Shown here piece after piece: positions 35,301-47,040 of a stretch of DNA of 64,000 nt. The notes below the pieces were generated by a model that worked only from the letters and a program-made list of their open reading frames with translations, had not been told where the DNA came from and did not search any database. Each line of letters opens with the position of its first letter. The stretch's first letter is position 1. The position numbers were made by a program, and so were the translations under genes. Source of the stretch: Heteronotia binoei (Eukaryota); the NCBI RefSeq assembly GCF_032191835.1, contig NC_083235.1, positions 15,748,001-15,812,000 on the forward strand. The letters are read 5' to 3'.

Positions 35301-36343
35301 AGGAGGTGTTGGATCCAACCAGGGCTTTTTTTTGTAAGAAAAAGCCCAGCAGGAACTCATTTGCATATTAAGCCTCACCCCCAGATGGCACCATTGATTC
35401 ACACAGGGCTTTTTAACAGAAAAAAACCATCAGGAACTCATTTGCATTTTAGGTCACACCCCTGATGTCAAGCCAGCTGGAATTGCATTTCTGTGCGTTC
35501 CTGTTCAAAAAAAGCCCTGGATCCACCTAAGATTAAGCCAAGATCACTGAGGACCCCTCTCCCNNNNNNNNNNNNNNNNNNNNNNNNNNNNNNNNNNNNN
35601 NNNNNNNNNNNNNNNNNNNNNNNNNNNNNNNNNNNNNNNNNNNNNNNNNNNNNNNNNNNNNNNNNNNNNNNNNNNNNNNNNNNNNNNNNNNNNNNNNNNN
35701 NNNNNNNNNNNNNNNNNNNNNNNNNNNNNNNNNNNNNNNNNNNNNNNNNNNNNNNNNNGATGGATGAAAGGAAGGAGAAAGCAAATAGAGGCAGCACCTC
35801 TTCTGGCTTCCAGTTCGCACTGATGGTTCTCTTTCTCTCCCTGGTGGGATCAGTGCCTGGAAGAGAAAGGAGGAAATGATGCTGTTGCTTTCTCCTGCTG
35901 TCACCACCTGTCTGTCTGTCCAGCTTTTTCTCTGTCTCTGCTGTTGCTTTTCTCTGCTGTCCCCTGCTGTCTTTCTGCCTTACCAGGTTTCCTCTGCAAC
36001 CATCTAACGCTTTCCCTCTCCCCTAATTGATCGCCTGGCTTTCTTTTGCCCCCACCCCATCACGATTGCTGGTTGCCTTCATGTTAGCCAACATACAATT
36101 GAGGACCATGGAAACCCCTCTCTCATTTTAAAAAATGTTCATCTACAAACTTACCGACCCCATTGTGCAGGTTTTCTGATCAGCACTCAGTGGGAAATTT
36201 AGGTTTTTTTAAATTAAAAAATAATTCCTGAATTCTTGATCCAGAGCTTCACAATTCTGAATCTGAATTCTGACACAGAATCTCGAGGCTGATGCATGTA
36301 TCCTGTGCAGCAGGAATAAAATCAGGGCGGGCGGGGGGGGGGG

Positions 36344-36379
<36 letters not shown>

Positions 36380-36643
36380 TGTGTTCTGGAAATAATAGTT
36401 TCTGTCAGACCTCTAAGCTCCACCTACTTCACAGGGTGTCTGTTGTGGGGAAGGGAAGAGCAAGGAGATTGTAAGCCGCTCTGAGATGCCTTTGGGTAGT
36501 GAAGGGTGGGATATAAATCTAGTTTCTTCTTCTTCTTCTGATAGCCAGATAGTGGTGGGAGGGAGAAATGTGAATCTTGGGTTTAATTTGGCATACTTGA
36601 TCTCAGGCCTCTAACTTTCTTGCTATCTCCTCACTTCAGCAGC

Positions 36644-37585
36644 ATGAGTCCAATGAATCACAGGAACACAACAGAAGTTTCTGAGTTCCTCCTCCAAGGT
36701 TTTTCATTGCAACCAGAGCTCGAAAGACTCCTCTTCCTTCTCTTCCTTTCCATCTATCTGCTCATCCTCCTGGGAAACGTCACAATCATCCTGTTGATCT
36801 GCTCTGACACGCAGCTCCTCCAGACTCCCATGTACTTCCTGCTCAGCCACCTTGCCCTAGCTGACCTTGGTTTCACCTCCACCACCATCCCCAAGGCATT
36901 AGATAACCTGCTGTCTCAGAAGAAGACTATCTCCTACAGTGGTTGTCTGGCTCAGATGTTTTTCTATATGTCTTTTGGTGACTCAGACAGCTTCCTGCTG
37001 GCTTCCATGGCCTACGACCGCTATGTGGCTATCTGTTGCCCACTGCACTATTCCACCATGATGAGCCACAAGCGTTGTCTTCAGCTGGCTGCAGTGTCCT
37101 GGGTTATCCCCATAATCGAATCATTGCTTTATACATTGTTGATGTCCCGTGTTGAGTTCTGTGACCCTGAAGAGATCCCTCATTTCTTCTGTGACATTTA
37201 CCCTGTTCTGGATGTCTCTTGCTCTGATACGAGCCTCATAGAGACACTTCTGATGACGGAGGGGGTGGTGGTGATCCTGGGGCCATTTGTGCTCATTATC
37301 ATTTCATATGCACTCATCTTTTATACCATCATGAAAATTCCATCTGCCGTTGGGAAGTGCAAGGCTTTCTCCACATGCGGGTCCCACATCTGTGTAGTGT
37401 TCTTGTTCTACGGCACTGTAAGCTGTATATATTTCAAGCCAAATTCAAAGAATTTAAACCACGAGAACACGGTGGCAGCTGTGATGTATACCATGGTGAC
37501 CCCCATGTTGAATCCCTTCATCTACAGCCTCAGGAACAGTGAGATGAAGGTGGCCATGAAGAGGGTCATTAAGCGACATCTTTGA
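36644..37585 (+). CDS. Olfactory receptor OR-C, closest to OR-B, 313 aa, intact
   Basis: Same OR motifs; about 23 aa and about 38 nt differences from OR-B by hand count. Confidence 0.95.
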   Translation: MSPMNHRNTTEVSEFLLQGFSLQPELERLLFLLFLSIYLLILLGNVTIILLICSDTQLLQTPMYFLLSHLALADLGFTSTTIPKALDNLLSQKKTISYSGCLAQMFFYMSFGDSDSFLLASMAYDRYVAICCPLHYSTMMSHKRCLQLAAVSWVIPIIESLLYTLLMSRVEFCDPEEIPHFFCDIYPVLDVSCSDTSLIETLLMTEGVVVILGPFVLIIISYALIFYTIMKIPSAVGKCKAFSTCGSHICVVFLFYGTVSCIYFKPNSKNLNHENTVAAVMYTMVTPMLNPFIYSLRNSEMKVAMKRVIKRHL

Positions 37586-39981
37586 TAATCATAGGCCAAA
37601 CTATTGGATTAAACGTTTTTAAAAAAACTATTTGCCTTGGGAGCACAGAAACTTTACACAGTGTCCCTGATCCATACTGGCTGGGGCTGATGGAAGTTGT
37701 AGGCAAAAAACATCTGGAGAGCTACGATTGGCCATCCCTGCTCTATGGCATTAGTCCCCTGCACACTGAGGCCTCTCCCCTCCCCACATCCCACCCTTCT
37801 CAGGCTTCACACCTCAAAAATCTCTAGGCATTTCCCAACCTAGAGCCGGGAACCCAAACTGCTAGCCCCTGTCTTCAGCCAGCTCTTCTTCTGTCTTCTA
37901 ACATCTTCATTATCTCCTCTTTTGCTCCACAGTCACTTTTCTGTAGCCAGCCATGTGGACTTGTGGTTGGAGTCTTAGACTAGGATGTGGAAGACTCGGC
38001 TTCAAATCCTCTTAGGGTTGTCAATTCCCAAGAGGGGGCAGGAGATCTCCCGGTTAGGAGGGCCTCCCCCCGCTCCAGGGTCATCAGAAAACGGAGGTGG
38101 GGGAATGTCTGCTGGATACTCCATTATTCCCTATGGAGACCGATTCCCATAGGGTATAATGGATAATTGATCTGCAGGTATCTGGACTCTGAGGGTGCTT
38201 TTTTTTAAGGTAAAGGCACCATAGCATCTGGTGCCTCTCTTCAAAACACCCTCTAAGTTTCAAAAAGATGGACCAGGGAGTCCAATGCTATGAGCTCCAA
38301 ATGAAGGTGCCCCTATCCTTCATTATTTCCAATGAAGGGAAGGCATTTAAAAGGCGTGTGGTCCCTTTCAATGTGATGGCCAGAACTCCCTTTGGAGTTC
38401 AATTATGCTTGCCACACCCTTAATCCTGGCTCCACCCCTAATGTCTCCTGGCTCCACCCCCAAATTCCCCAGATATTTCTTGAATTGGACCTGGCATCTC
38501 TAAATCCTCTCCCTCCCATGGAAGTTCGCTGGGTCACCTCTCTCTTTGTGAGTCTAACCTATTTCACAGGTTATTGTGATGAGGAGAGCAATGTTGTAGG
38601 CCTCTTTGAATCCCTAGTTCAGAGAAAACAGGTATAAATCACTGAATAAATCCATTCTCTGTGACCAGGCTCTTAGCCAATGAACACTTTCCATGACTCA
38701 GGCCACAAACTCCTTGGTTCTTATCAGCTGTGAGCTAGTTGCACACTCATTGGTGGCCCGTTCACATATCTCTGTCATTTCTCCTTCATTCATGTCATTC
38801 TTGCTATACAAAATTCCTTGAAGGAAACCAAGATAAAAAGGCATTAATTGCATACAAACACAGAGACACAAAAAACAACTCTAAAGAAGCAAGGAGATAA
38901 TTATGCAATTATAGTTTTATCAAGCAATTCCCAGGATACTTGAGAGGTCTTCATCAGGGGAATTTATTTTGCTGTTAGATGCCCGATTGAACCACCTGCT
39001 TATATACCACATGTAGAAGATGAATTCCTGAGATACCTAATCTTTTTCCTCTTGATTTGCTTGTGTGTGAAAGTTGCTTTAATGTGGCCATCAACTAGGG
39101 ATTCCATGTCCAATTCAAGAAATATTTGGGGTCTTTGGGGGTGGAGCCAGGAAACTTTGGGGTGCAGCCAGGAGATATTGGGGTTGAGCCAGGACCAAGG
39201 TTGTGTCAAGCATAATTGAACTTCAAAGGGAGTTCTGGCCATCACATTTCAAGGGTCCGCACACCCTTTCAATGCCTTCCCTCCATTGGAAATAATGAAG
39301 GATAGGGGCACCTTCTTTTGGGAGTCATAGAATTGGACCCCCTGGTCCAATCTTTTTTAAACTTGGAGGATGTTTTGGAGAGAGGCCCTGGATGCTATGC
39401 TGAAAATGTGGTGCCTCTGCCTCAAAAAACAGTTCCTCCAAGAGCTCCAGATACCCATGTATCAATTATCCATTATACCCTATGGAAATTGGTTTCCATA
39501 GGGAATAATGGAGTGCCTAGCAGACATTTCCCTCCCCCCCCCCCCGATTTCTGAATTCCCTGAAGTGGGGGGAGGGCCTCCAAACTGGGGGATCCCCTGT
39601 CAGCATATGCTTGCTAGTAAGACTTCAGGCTGGAGTCTAATACACATGATCTATGACAGCTCATGATCTGTGACAGTTCCTGACAGCTTCACTTAGCAGG
39701 TGCAATCTGGTTCTGTCCAGGGTACTTGTGCCTATGCAGAATGACTCAGCACTATGTGCTGATTGGTGCTTGTATATAGCTATATGTATATAACTGGGAA
39801 GAGTCTATGCAGTGTATCTCTGCTCTTAAATGTGTTGTCTGGCGAAGCACTTTGTTTCAGTGTATACCAGGACAACTATAACTTGTATATCTGTAAGTAA
39901 ATGTAAATAGTTAGCACAAGTCAGTGTGCTGTCTATTCTTCAGCCTTACAAACCCAGAGCATACCAGTGAATATGCCAACA

Positions 39982-40013
39982 GGGTTATGGGCCCAGCACG
40001 CTTCTGCTGCGCC
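39982..40013 (+). promoter_or_regulatory. Copia primer-binding site complementary to the 5' half of tRNA-iMet
   Basis: GGGTTATGGGCCCAGCACGCTTCTGCTGCGCC directly after the LTR end; 31/32 match to the reverse complement of vertebrate tRNA-iMet nt 9-40 (sequence recalled, not looked up). Confidence 0.88.
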
Positions 40014-40754
40014 GTGCTCTGGTGGTTCTGAAGGAGACTGAACTGCTGAGGTGACCTGTGACTGAGTGGAAGTCTGCAGCTGCCACTTCTGGAGCTGAGG
40101 AGGAAGACGTGCTCAGCCAGGCTCCTGATAACAGCACGGAGGACGGGAGTGTGTCTGAGGACCAGCTGCCAGACAGAGATGACAGCATGGCTCAGGTACC
40201 AACTGCTGTGCTGGTGGAGAAGCTCACTTCTACTAATTAATAATGTGTGGGTTCTTCACATGGAACATTATCTGAAATGTGAAGGTCTGTGGTTGTATGT
40301 CGATGCTCCCCCAGACCCTTCAGCTGCTGGAGACGACGTCAAGGACAAGAAAGCTCTTGTGACCATTGTTTTGAGTGTGGCAGATGACCAGCTCGTGCAC
40401 GTATCTGGTAAGCCGAAGGATAAACAAGCGTGGAACAGTCTGAAGGCTGTGTATGTGCAAAGCACAGCTGGGTCTCTGATAGCAATTACCCGTCGCATGT
40501 ACCGGACTGTAATGAGTCAGAGGGAGTCTGTGAGGGCTCACTTAAACATTTTGGCTGAATGCTTCCAGCAACTGGAGCAGCGCAGAAAAACTGTTCCAGA
40601 GGAGGATAAAGTGTTTATCATTCTAAGTTCCCTGTCAGTGGATTACAATATGTTGATAACTTCACTGGAATCTACAGAAGCGAACAAATTAACCTTGACT
40701 TACGTTACTGGATGCCTGCTGGAAGAGGAGAACAAGGAAACAAAAAGCACCACG

Positions 40755-41857
40755 TGAACCAGCTTTTATATCCAATTACATAACAAGAAAAACCATTCAA
40801 ATATAAATAATTGTATTTAACCCACATATATTGCTTTTATCAAAACAACCATAATACTCAGACCTTTGAACAAAAGGAAGCATTTACCCCAAGAGTTCTT
40901 TTCCTTTATATGGTAAAATTGTCCAGCTTTTCCATGTAATCCTGGTGTGATATTCCAAATGATGAATGTCTCTCAATGGTTGCAGCCAAATTTTCAAAGA
41001 GGAAAGGGACAAGGTTGTACTAATACCCTTGTTTCGCAAAAGCTTTTTCAAGCTATAAAAGACCTCTTAGCAGAGACTTCTTCAAGCTGCAATAAACCTC
41101 TTGGTAGAGAGCATATTCAAGCTGTAATAGACATCTTAGCAAAGAGCTTCTTCAAGCTGCAATACACCTGAATAATATGATAAAAAGCATACAAAAATTC
41201 AATAATGCACTTAACCTGTTGCACATAAGCCATAAAACATTTAAAACACTGAATAAAAAACAGCATACATCTTAGCAAATTGTTAGAGCAAAGGCAATCA
41301 TAGCCCAAATGTTTTCTAACTGAACACCCAAAGGTGCTGAAAGGAATACAACTTAATGGCTTATATGCATCAGGTGCAACAATTCACAATGTTCCTTAAA
41401 GACACAGTATAACCTGCTACAGCAATATCCAAAATATAGTCTCAAAAAGAAATTAAACCACATACATCTGACTATAATTATAAAAAACATGCCAAGTCCC
41501 AATCATTATTGAGACCATGAGGAGATAGAGTCCTTAATTTAAAGATCATACGCATTTCATGTTGGTGTAACCATTTGCTGCAATCCATCGTACCCTGCAA
41601 TCTTGTTGGAAATTTCAAAAGTACACAAAAACGCAATGAATCTGGTTCATGATTATACTGAATGAAATGCTCTACCAAAGGAGCATCTACCACACGATGC
41701 TTCAATCTAGATTTATGTTCTAACACACGTGTACGAATGGCACGTGTAGTTGACCCCAAATAAATTTTTTTACATGGACACAGAATCACATAAATACATC
41801 TCTGTGTAGCACAAGTGGTGATATCCTTTAGATATATTTTGTATCCTGTTTCCGGAT
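40755..41857 (-). mobile_element. Penelope-like element 3' part (GIY-YIG endonuclease and pLTR) nested in the Copia
   Basis: Minus-strand ITTCATQRCIYVILCPCKKIYLGSTTR..RVLEHK..LVEHF..HGLN; hammerhead-like repeats at 41001-41165. Confidence 0.85.
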
Positions 41858-43884
41858 CATTTTGATTTCACAACAGCTTATTTAAACGCACGAATAGATG
41901 AACAGCTCTACATGGAGCAAATCCCAGGGTTTGAAAGTACTAATAAGAACCTTGTCTTGAAACTTAACAAAGCCCTGTATGGCTTAAAACAGAGTGCCAG
42001 AGCATGGAATCAATGTCTGAGCAAAGCCTTGACTGACCTTGGGTTCACACAGGGAATTGCTGACCCGTGTACGTTTAACAAAACCATTGGGAAAACTAAA
42101 TGCTATCTGGTTGTTTTTGTAGATGATTTATGTTTTCTGTTTCATGAGGATATGCAGCTGCAATGGTTTATAAAAACAACTCAACGCTTATTTAAAATTA
42201 AACATTTGGACAGCATTCAGCATTACTTGGGTGTAGACATTACAAAGAATACAAATGGATGTTTTGAGCTCAGTCAGGAGCATAAAATAACAAAGCTGCT
42301 TGAAGAATACAACATGACTAATGCAAACTGCATTACTACACCAATGACCACGAGCTATGGAAAAGAGCCTGATGACAAAGTGTTTGAACACAAGGCATTG
42401 TATCAATCACTAATTGGGTCCCTACTGTATATAGCATGTCGGTCTAGACCAGATATCTGCATTACAGTTCACATGTTGTGTCAAAAGTGTGCATGTCCTT
42501 TTATGAAAGATTGGACTGCTGCAAAAAGGGTATTGAGGTATCTAAAAGGTACTGCTGCAAACAAATTGGTGCTAGACGCTACCTCAGCACAACAAGTAAC
42601 AGCTTACAGTGATTCTAGCTGGGGAGATAGAAAAGATGGAAGGTCCACAACAGGCTATGCTGTGTATGTGCATGAAGCTCTTGTAATGTGGAATTTTGAA
42701 ACAACCACACATCTCAACTGGCACTTGTGAAGCAGAGTATTCTGCATTAAGTGATTGTGTTGTTCAGCTGGAATGGTTATATCAACTATTAACAGACCTG
42801 AACATGCAATGTAACCCACCGATGTGTGTATTTTGTGACAATACTGCTGCTCAACAGTTGGCAAATGCACAGGGTGTCAAAATAAGAAGTACACATTAGC
42901 ATTCGTTATCAGAATGTCAGGGAGACTGTACATAGAGGCTTAATTATGTTACGGTACTGTTCTTCTGATGTAAATGTAGCAGACATGTTCACAAAGTGTT
43001 TGAATGTGGAGAAATTTGTATTTCTGAAACAAAGGCTGGGACTCACTGCCTGAGGGGGAGTGTTAGCATATGCTTGCTAGTAAGACTTCAGGCTGGAGTC
43101 TAATGCACATGATCTATGACAGGTCATGATCTGTGACAGTTCCTGACAGCTTCACTTAGCAGGTGCAAACTGGTTCTGTCTAGAGTACTTGTGCCTATGC
43201 AGAATGACTCAGCACTGTGTGCTGATTGGTGCTTGTATATAGGTATATGTATATAGCTAGGAAGAGTCTATGCAGTGTATCTCTGCTCTCAAATGTGTTG
43301 TCTGGCGAAGCACTTTGTTCTAGTGTATACCAGGACAACTGTAACTTGTATATCTGTAAATAAATGTAAACAGTTAGCACAAGTCAGTGTGCTGTCTATT
43401 CTTCAGCCTCACAAACCCAGAGCATACCAGCGAATACGCCGACATCCCCTGCCCCTACCTGGGGATTTGTGCAACAAGGGTGAGTCCCACGGATACAAAT
43501 GACTGGGAGAGAAAGCAGCACTTTGGTGTTAAAAGTCTACAGACTGTTTCTTAAAGATATGCACACTTACAATGATTGAAAAACTTAGAATAATTATTTC
43601 TATCACATCACAATATATACTTCATACAAAACAAAACCAAAACAATGAGAAAGGGACAGTTCACAACCAATTTCAACAGATAAGTTCTTCCTTTCTTCTC
43701 AGTGAACATCCACAATCCATGCAGGTTGAACAACACACAGAATAGATTGAAGAATGTGACAGGCAGACAGACTTCAGACCGAAGGCAGATTCTCCAATGT
43801 GCAGTGTTATTTCCAAGGCTCTAACTCATAGCTAAACTAGTGGTCCTGGAATATTCTGACCTCATTTTCACCAGAGCCATATGA

Positions 43885-44106
43885 ACATACAGTATGAACA
43901 TATGAAGCTGCCTTATACTGAATCAGACCTTTGGTCCATCAAAGTCAATATTGTCTACTCAGACTGGCAGCGGCTCTCCAGGGTCTCAAGCTGAGGTTTT
44001 TCACACCTATTGGCCTGGACCTTTTTTAGTTGGAGAGGTTGTGGATTGAACCTGGGACCTTCTGCTTACCAAGCAGATGCTCTACCACTGAGCCACTGTC
44101 CCTCCC
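43885..44106 (-). mobile_element. Second tRNA-derived SINE family
   Basis: tRNA A/B boxes on the minus strand (tggctcagtggtagagc...gtcccaggttcaat) and a (catatgaa)-type tail. Other copies at about 46735-46952 and 56208-56428. Confidence 0.75.
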
Positions 44107-44973
44107 CTTTATATCTAAGCTTTCATTCACGACAAAGCAGTGCAAATGATCCAATACTTCAAACTCCTACTGATCCCAATATTTCAAACTCTTACTGATT
44201 TGTATGTGCAGAAGAACATCATAAAAGGAAGTACTTTTTTTATTCAAAGAGTAATTAACATGTAGAATTCACAGCTGCAGGAAGTGATGGCAGCTACAAA
44301 CACACACAGCTTCAAAAGTGGGTTGGACAAACATATGAAGCATAAGTCCATCAGTGGCTATTAGCCACATGGTATAGAAAGAACATGATGTCTGGGATAA
44401 TGATACTCTGTCTTCTTGGAGGGGCAACAGTGGGAGGGCTTCTGGAGTTCTGGCTGCACTGGTGGACCTCCTGATAGCCACTAAGTTTTGGCTGCTGTGT
44501 GACACAGAGTGTTGGACTGGATGGGTCATTGGCCTGATCCAACATGGTTTCTCATACATTTTTATGCCTGAGGCAGGGATGTTCTGTATTCTTGGTGCTT
44601 GGGGGGCAACAGTGGGAGGACTCTGGAGGTCTGGCCCTGCTGCTAGGTCTCCTGATAACACCTGAGTTTTGGCTACTGTGTGACAAAGAGTGTTGGACTG
44701 GATGGACCAATGGCCTGATCCAAAATGGCTTCTCTTTACGGTTGCCATCCCCTAGGTAGAAGTGGGTGATCCCTTGATTTTGTGCACTCCTGCCTGCCAC
44801 CGACTATCCGGACAGCTGTGGGAAATCCTGCCCCCAACAGCCACGATCCAATGTGATGTCTCCAACATGATGACATTCTGTAGAAGTGACATCATCACAC
44901 CAGGGCATTCACACACAGTGGTGTTGCCCCACCCCCACTCCTGAAAAACTCCCTCCCACCTCCCACCAGCAAG

Positions 44974-45251
44974 GACCTGAAGAAGAATAAGACTGCAGAT
45001 TTATACCCCACCCTTCTCTCTGAATCAGAGACTCGGAGCAGCTTACAATCTCCTATATCTTCTCCCCCCAAAACAGACACCCTGTGAGGTGGGTAGGGCT
45101 GAGAGGGCTCTCACAGCAGCTGCCCTTTCAACGACAACTCTGTGGGAACTGTGGCTAACCCAAGGCCATTCCAGCAGGCGCAAGTGGAGGAGTGGGGAAT
45201 CAAACCCAGTTCTCCCAGATAAGAGCCGGTACACTTAACCACTACACCAAA
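44974..45251 (-). mobile_element. Squam3-like SINE
   Basis: Reverse complement of the same consensus. Further copies at 54346-54625 (+), 61776-62054 (-) and 62328-62592 (+). Confidence 0.8.
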
Positions 45252-45473
45252 CCTGGCAACCCTACTTCTTTTATGTTCTTATCATGTTTGAGATGGTGAG
45301 AACCAGGCAATTCAGTATGCAAGTATATCTCATATAAGCAACCAGCATGGTATCTCGTATGAATTTTTCAGAGCTGGATTCAGTGAGGCTATTTTCTTTT
45401 TTCAAGAAAAAGTCTTGGTAAGAGACATTGCAACTCATTCTTACCTTAAATATAGGTAGGTGTCATATATGCT

Positions 45474-45587
45474 AACATGAATTTGAGAGCGGACTTCGGA
45501 GGATGGTGGAAGACAGGAGGGCCTGGCGTGACTTGGTCCATGGGGTCGCAAAGAGTCGGACTCAACTGTGCAACTGAACAACAACAT
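45474..45587 (+). mobile_element. RTE/BovB-like LINE 3' terminus
   Basis: ggagggcctggcgtg...gtccatggggtcgcaaagagtcggac...actgaacaacaaca tail. Confidence 0.75.
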
Positions 45588-46084
45588 GTATGCTTAGTTC
45601 TTCTTCATTGCTTTATGTGTCAGTGCAGAACGTGTATCGTTAATAATCTTTTATCTAGCGATTTCACAGATTATTGATGGTGGAAAGTGTTGTCAAGTTC
45701 CAGACAATTTATGGCGACCCAATAGGGTTTTCAAGGCAAGAGGCACTCACAGGGGGCTTGCTTGCCTCTGCAAAGCAACCCTGGCATTTAAATGGGGACT
45801 ATTCAGGATCTGACGTGAGCGGGCTACCCTGGTTTATACAGGCAGACGGACTTCAGACCAAAGGCAGATTCTTGACCTGGTCTATCCAGGTCAAGGCCGC
45901 AAATTATTAGAATACTTTTAAAGAAAATGATTTTTGGCCAAGGAATACCTGGTGTTCACATTGAACCTGGAGCGAACCAATAAACTTCCCTTCAAGTCAG
46001 AATCTTAAACCCCATAAGTGGTGAATGAGGGAACACTCACCACACATTACTAGAACTTTTTTACAGTTCTAGTATCTACAGTGG

Positions 46085-47040
46085 AATCAGCTTCCTCACT
46101 TCCATTTCTGCACCGTTTTCCAGACTTATTTCCCTTATTCCACTGTGGGATTCCTCTTTCTGATGGTACATTTATTCCCATCCCAGTCTGAGGTCATCTT
46201 CTATGCTGATCAGCTTCTCAAATCTCAGATTTCACAGAAACCTCCACAGATCTCTGATTCCTCCAGGATATCAAAAAACGTTTTGGTCTGGCAGCATCTC
46301 AGCTTCATTTTATCATCCAGGACGTATCCTGGGCTGTGGAACTGGTGAGAGTTAATAAGGTGAGCCTAAGCCTGTTTTCAAGGTGGTAGTTTCAGGCTGC
46401 AAAGATACAACTGTACCAATACAACACAAACAGGATAAAATCTACTTTAAGCATCGGGATATCTCAGCTTCATTAACTAGTATGCACCACTGATTCTTGG
46501 TCAAGATCTCTCGTAGGTTGTATAGGCTCTGGATCAGACATCACTTTTGCACTAGGGATATCAGAGTTGCCTATTCAGAATCTGAGGGTCCCTTTTGCGT
46601 GTTTCAGGGGGTGTCATTTTGTGTTCTTTTGCCAATGACCAGCAGACTTTTCAGGTGTTCTTTTTAATCAGTGGTGTAGATTCAATACAAGGATATATGA
46701 TTTTAGTCATGAGTTTGGTTGGTCGTCATGTCACATGAACACATGAACTCGTGAAGCTGCCTTGTACTGAATCTGACCCTTGGTCTAACAAAGGCAGTAT
46801 TGTCTACTCAGACAGGCAGCGGCTCTCCACGATCTCAAGCTAAGGTTTTCCCCATCAAGTCCTACCTGATCCTTTTAACCAGAGATGCTGGAGATTGAAC
46901 CTGGGACCTTCTCCATGCCAAGCAGATGCTCTGCCACTGAGCCACAGCCCCTTCCACCTCTCACATAAAAATCATGCAGAATGATCCACAGCTTACAATG
47001 GTTATGTTTTCCCAAATCCACCAACTGGAGCACATATTCC
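46085..47040 (+). promoter_or_regulatory. Distal copy of a duplicated module with putative non-coding exon donors
   Basis: Colinear with 55330-56500; AAG|GTGAGC donor at 46360. Confidence 0.5.

Larger units (their letters stand above)
39598..43444 (+). mobile_element. Ty1/Copia LTR retrotransposon, two 384-bp LTRs, 5-bp TSD, internally deleted
   Basis: LTRs 39598-39981 and 43061-43444 (TG...CA, about 20 differences); TSD TCCCC at 39593-39597 and 43445-43449; PPT gagggggag 43052-43060; copia gag at 40187-40750; copia RT/RNase H (LNKALYGLKQ, VFVDD, YSDSSWG, CEAEY, FCDN) at 41858-43053. Confidence 0.95.

Noticed and set aside
39982-40023. tRNA-iMet gene or pseudogene on the minus strand
   Set aside because: Only the 5' half is present and it abuts the LTR's terminal CA, which is the position of a PBS.
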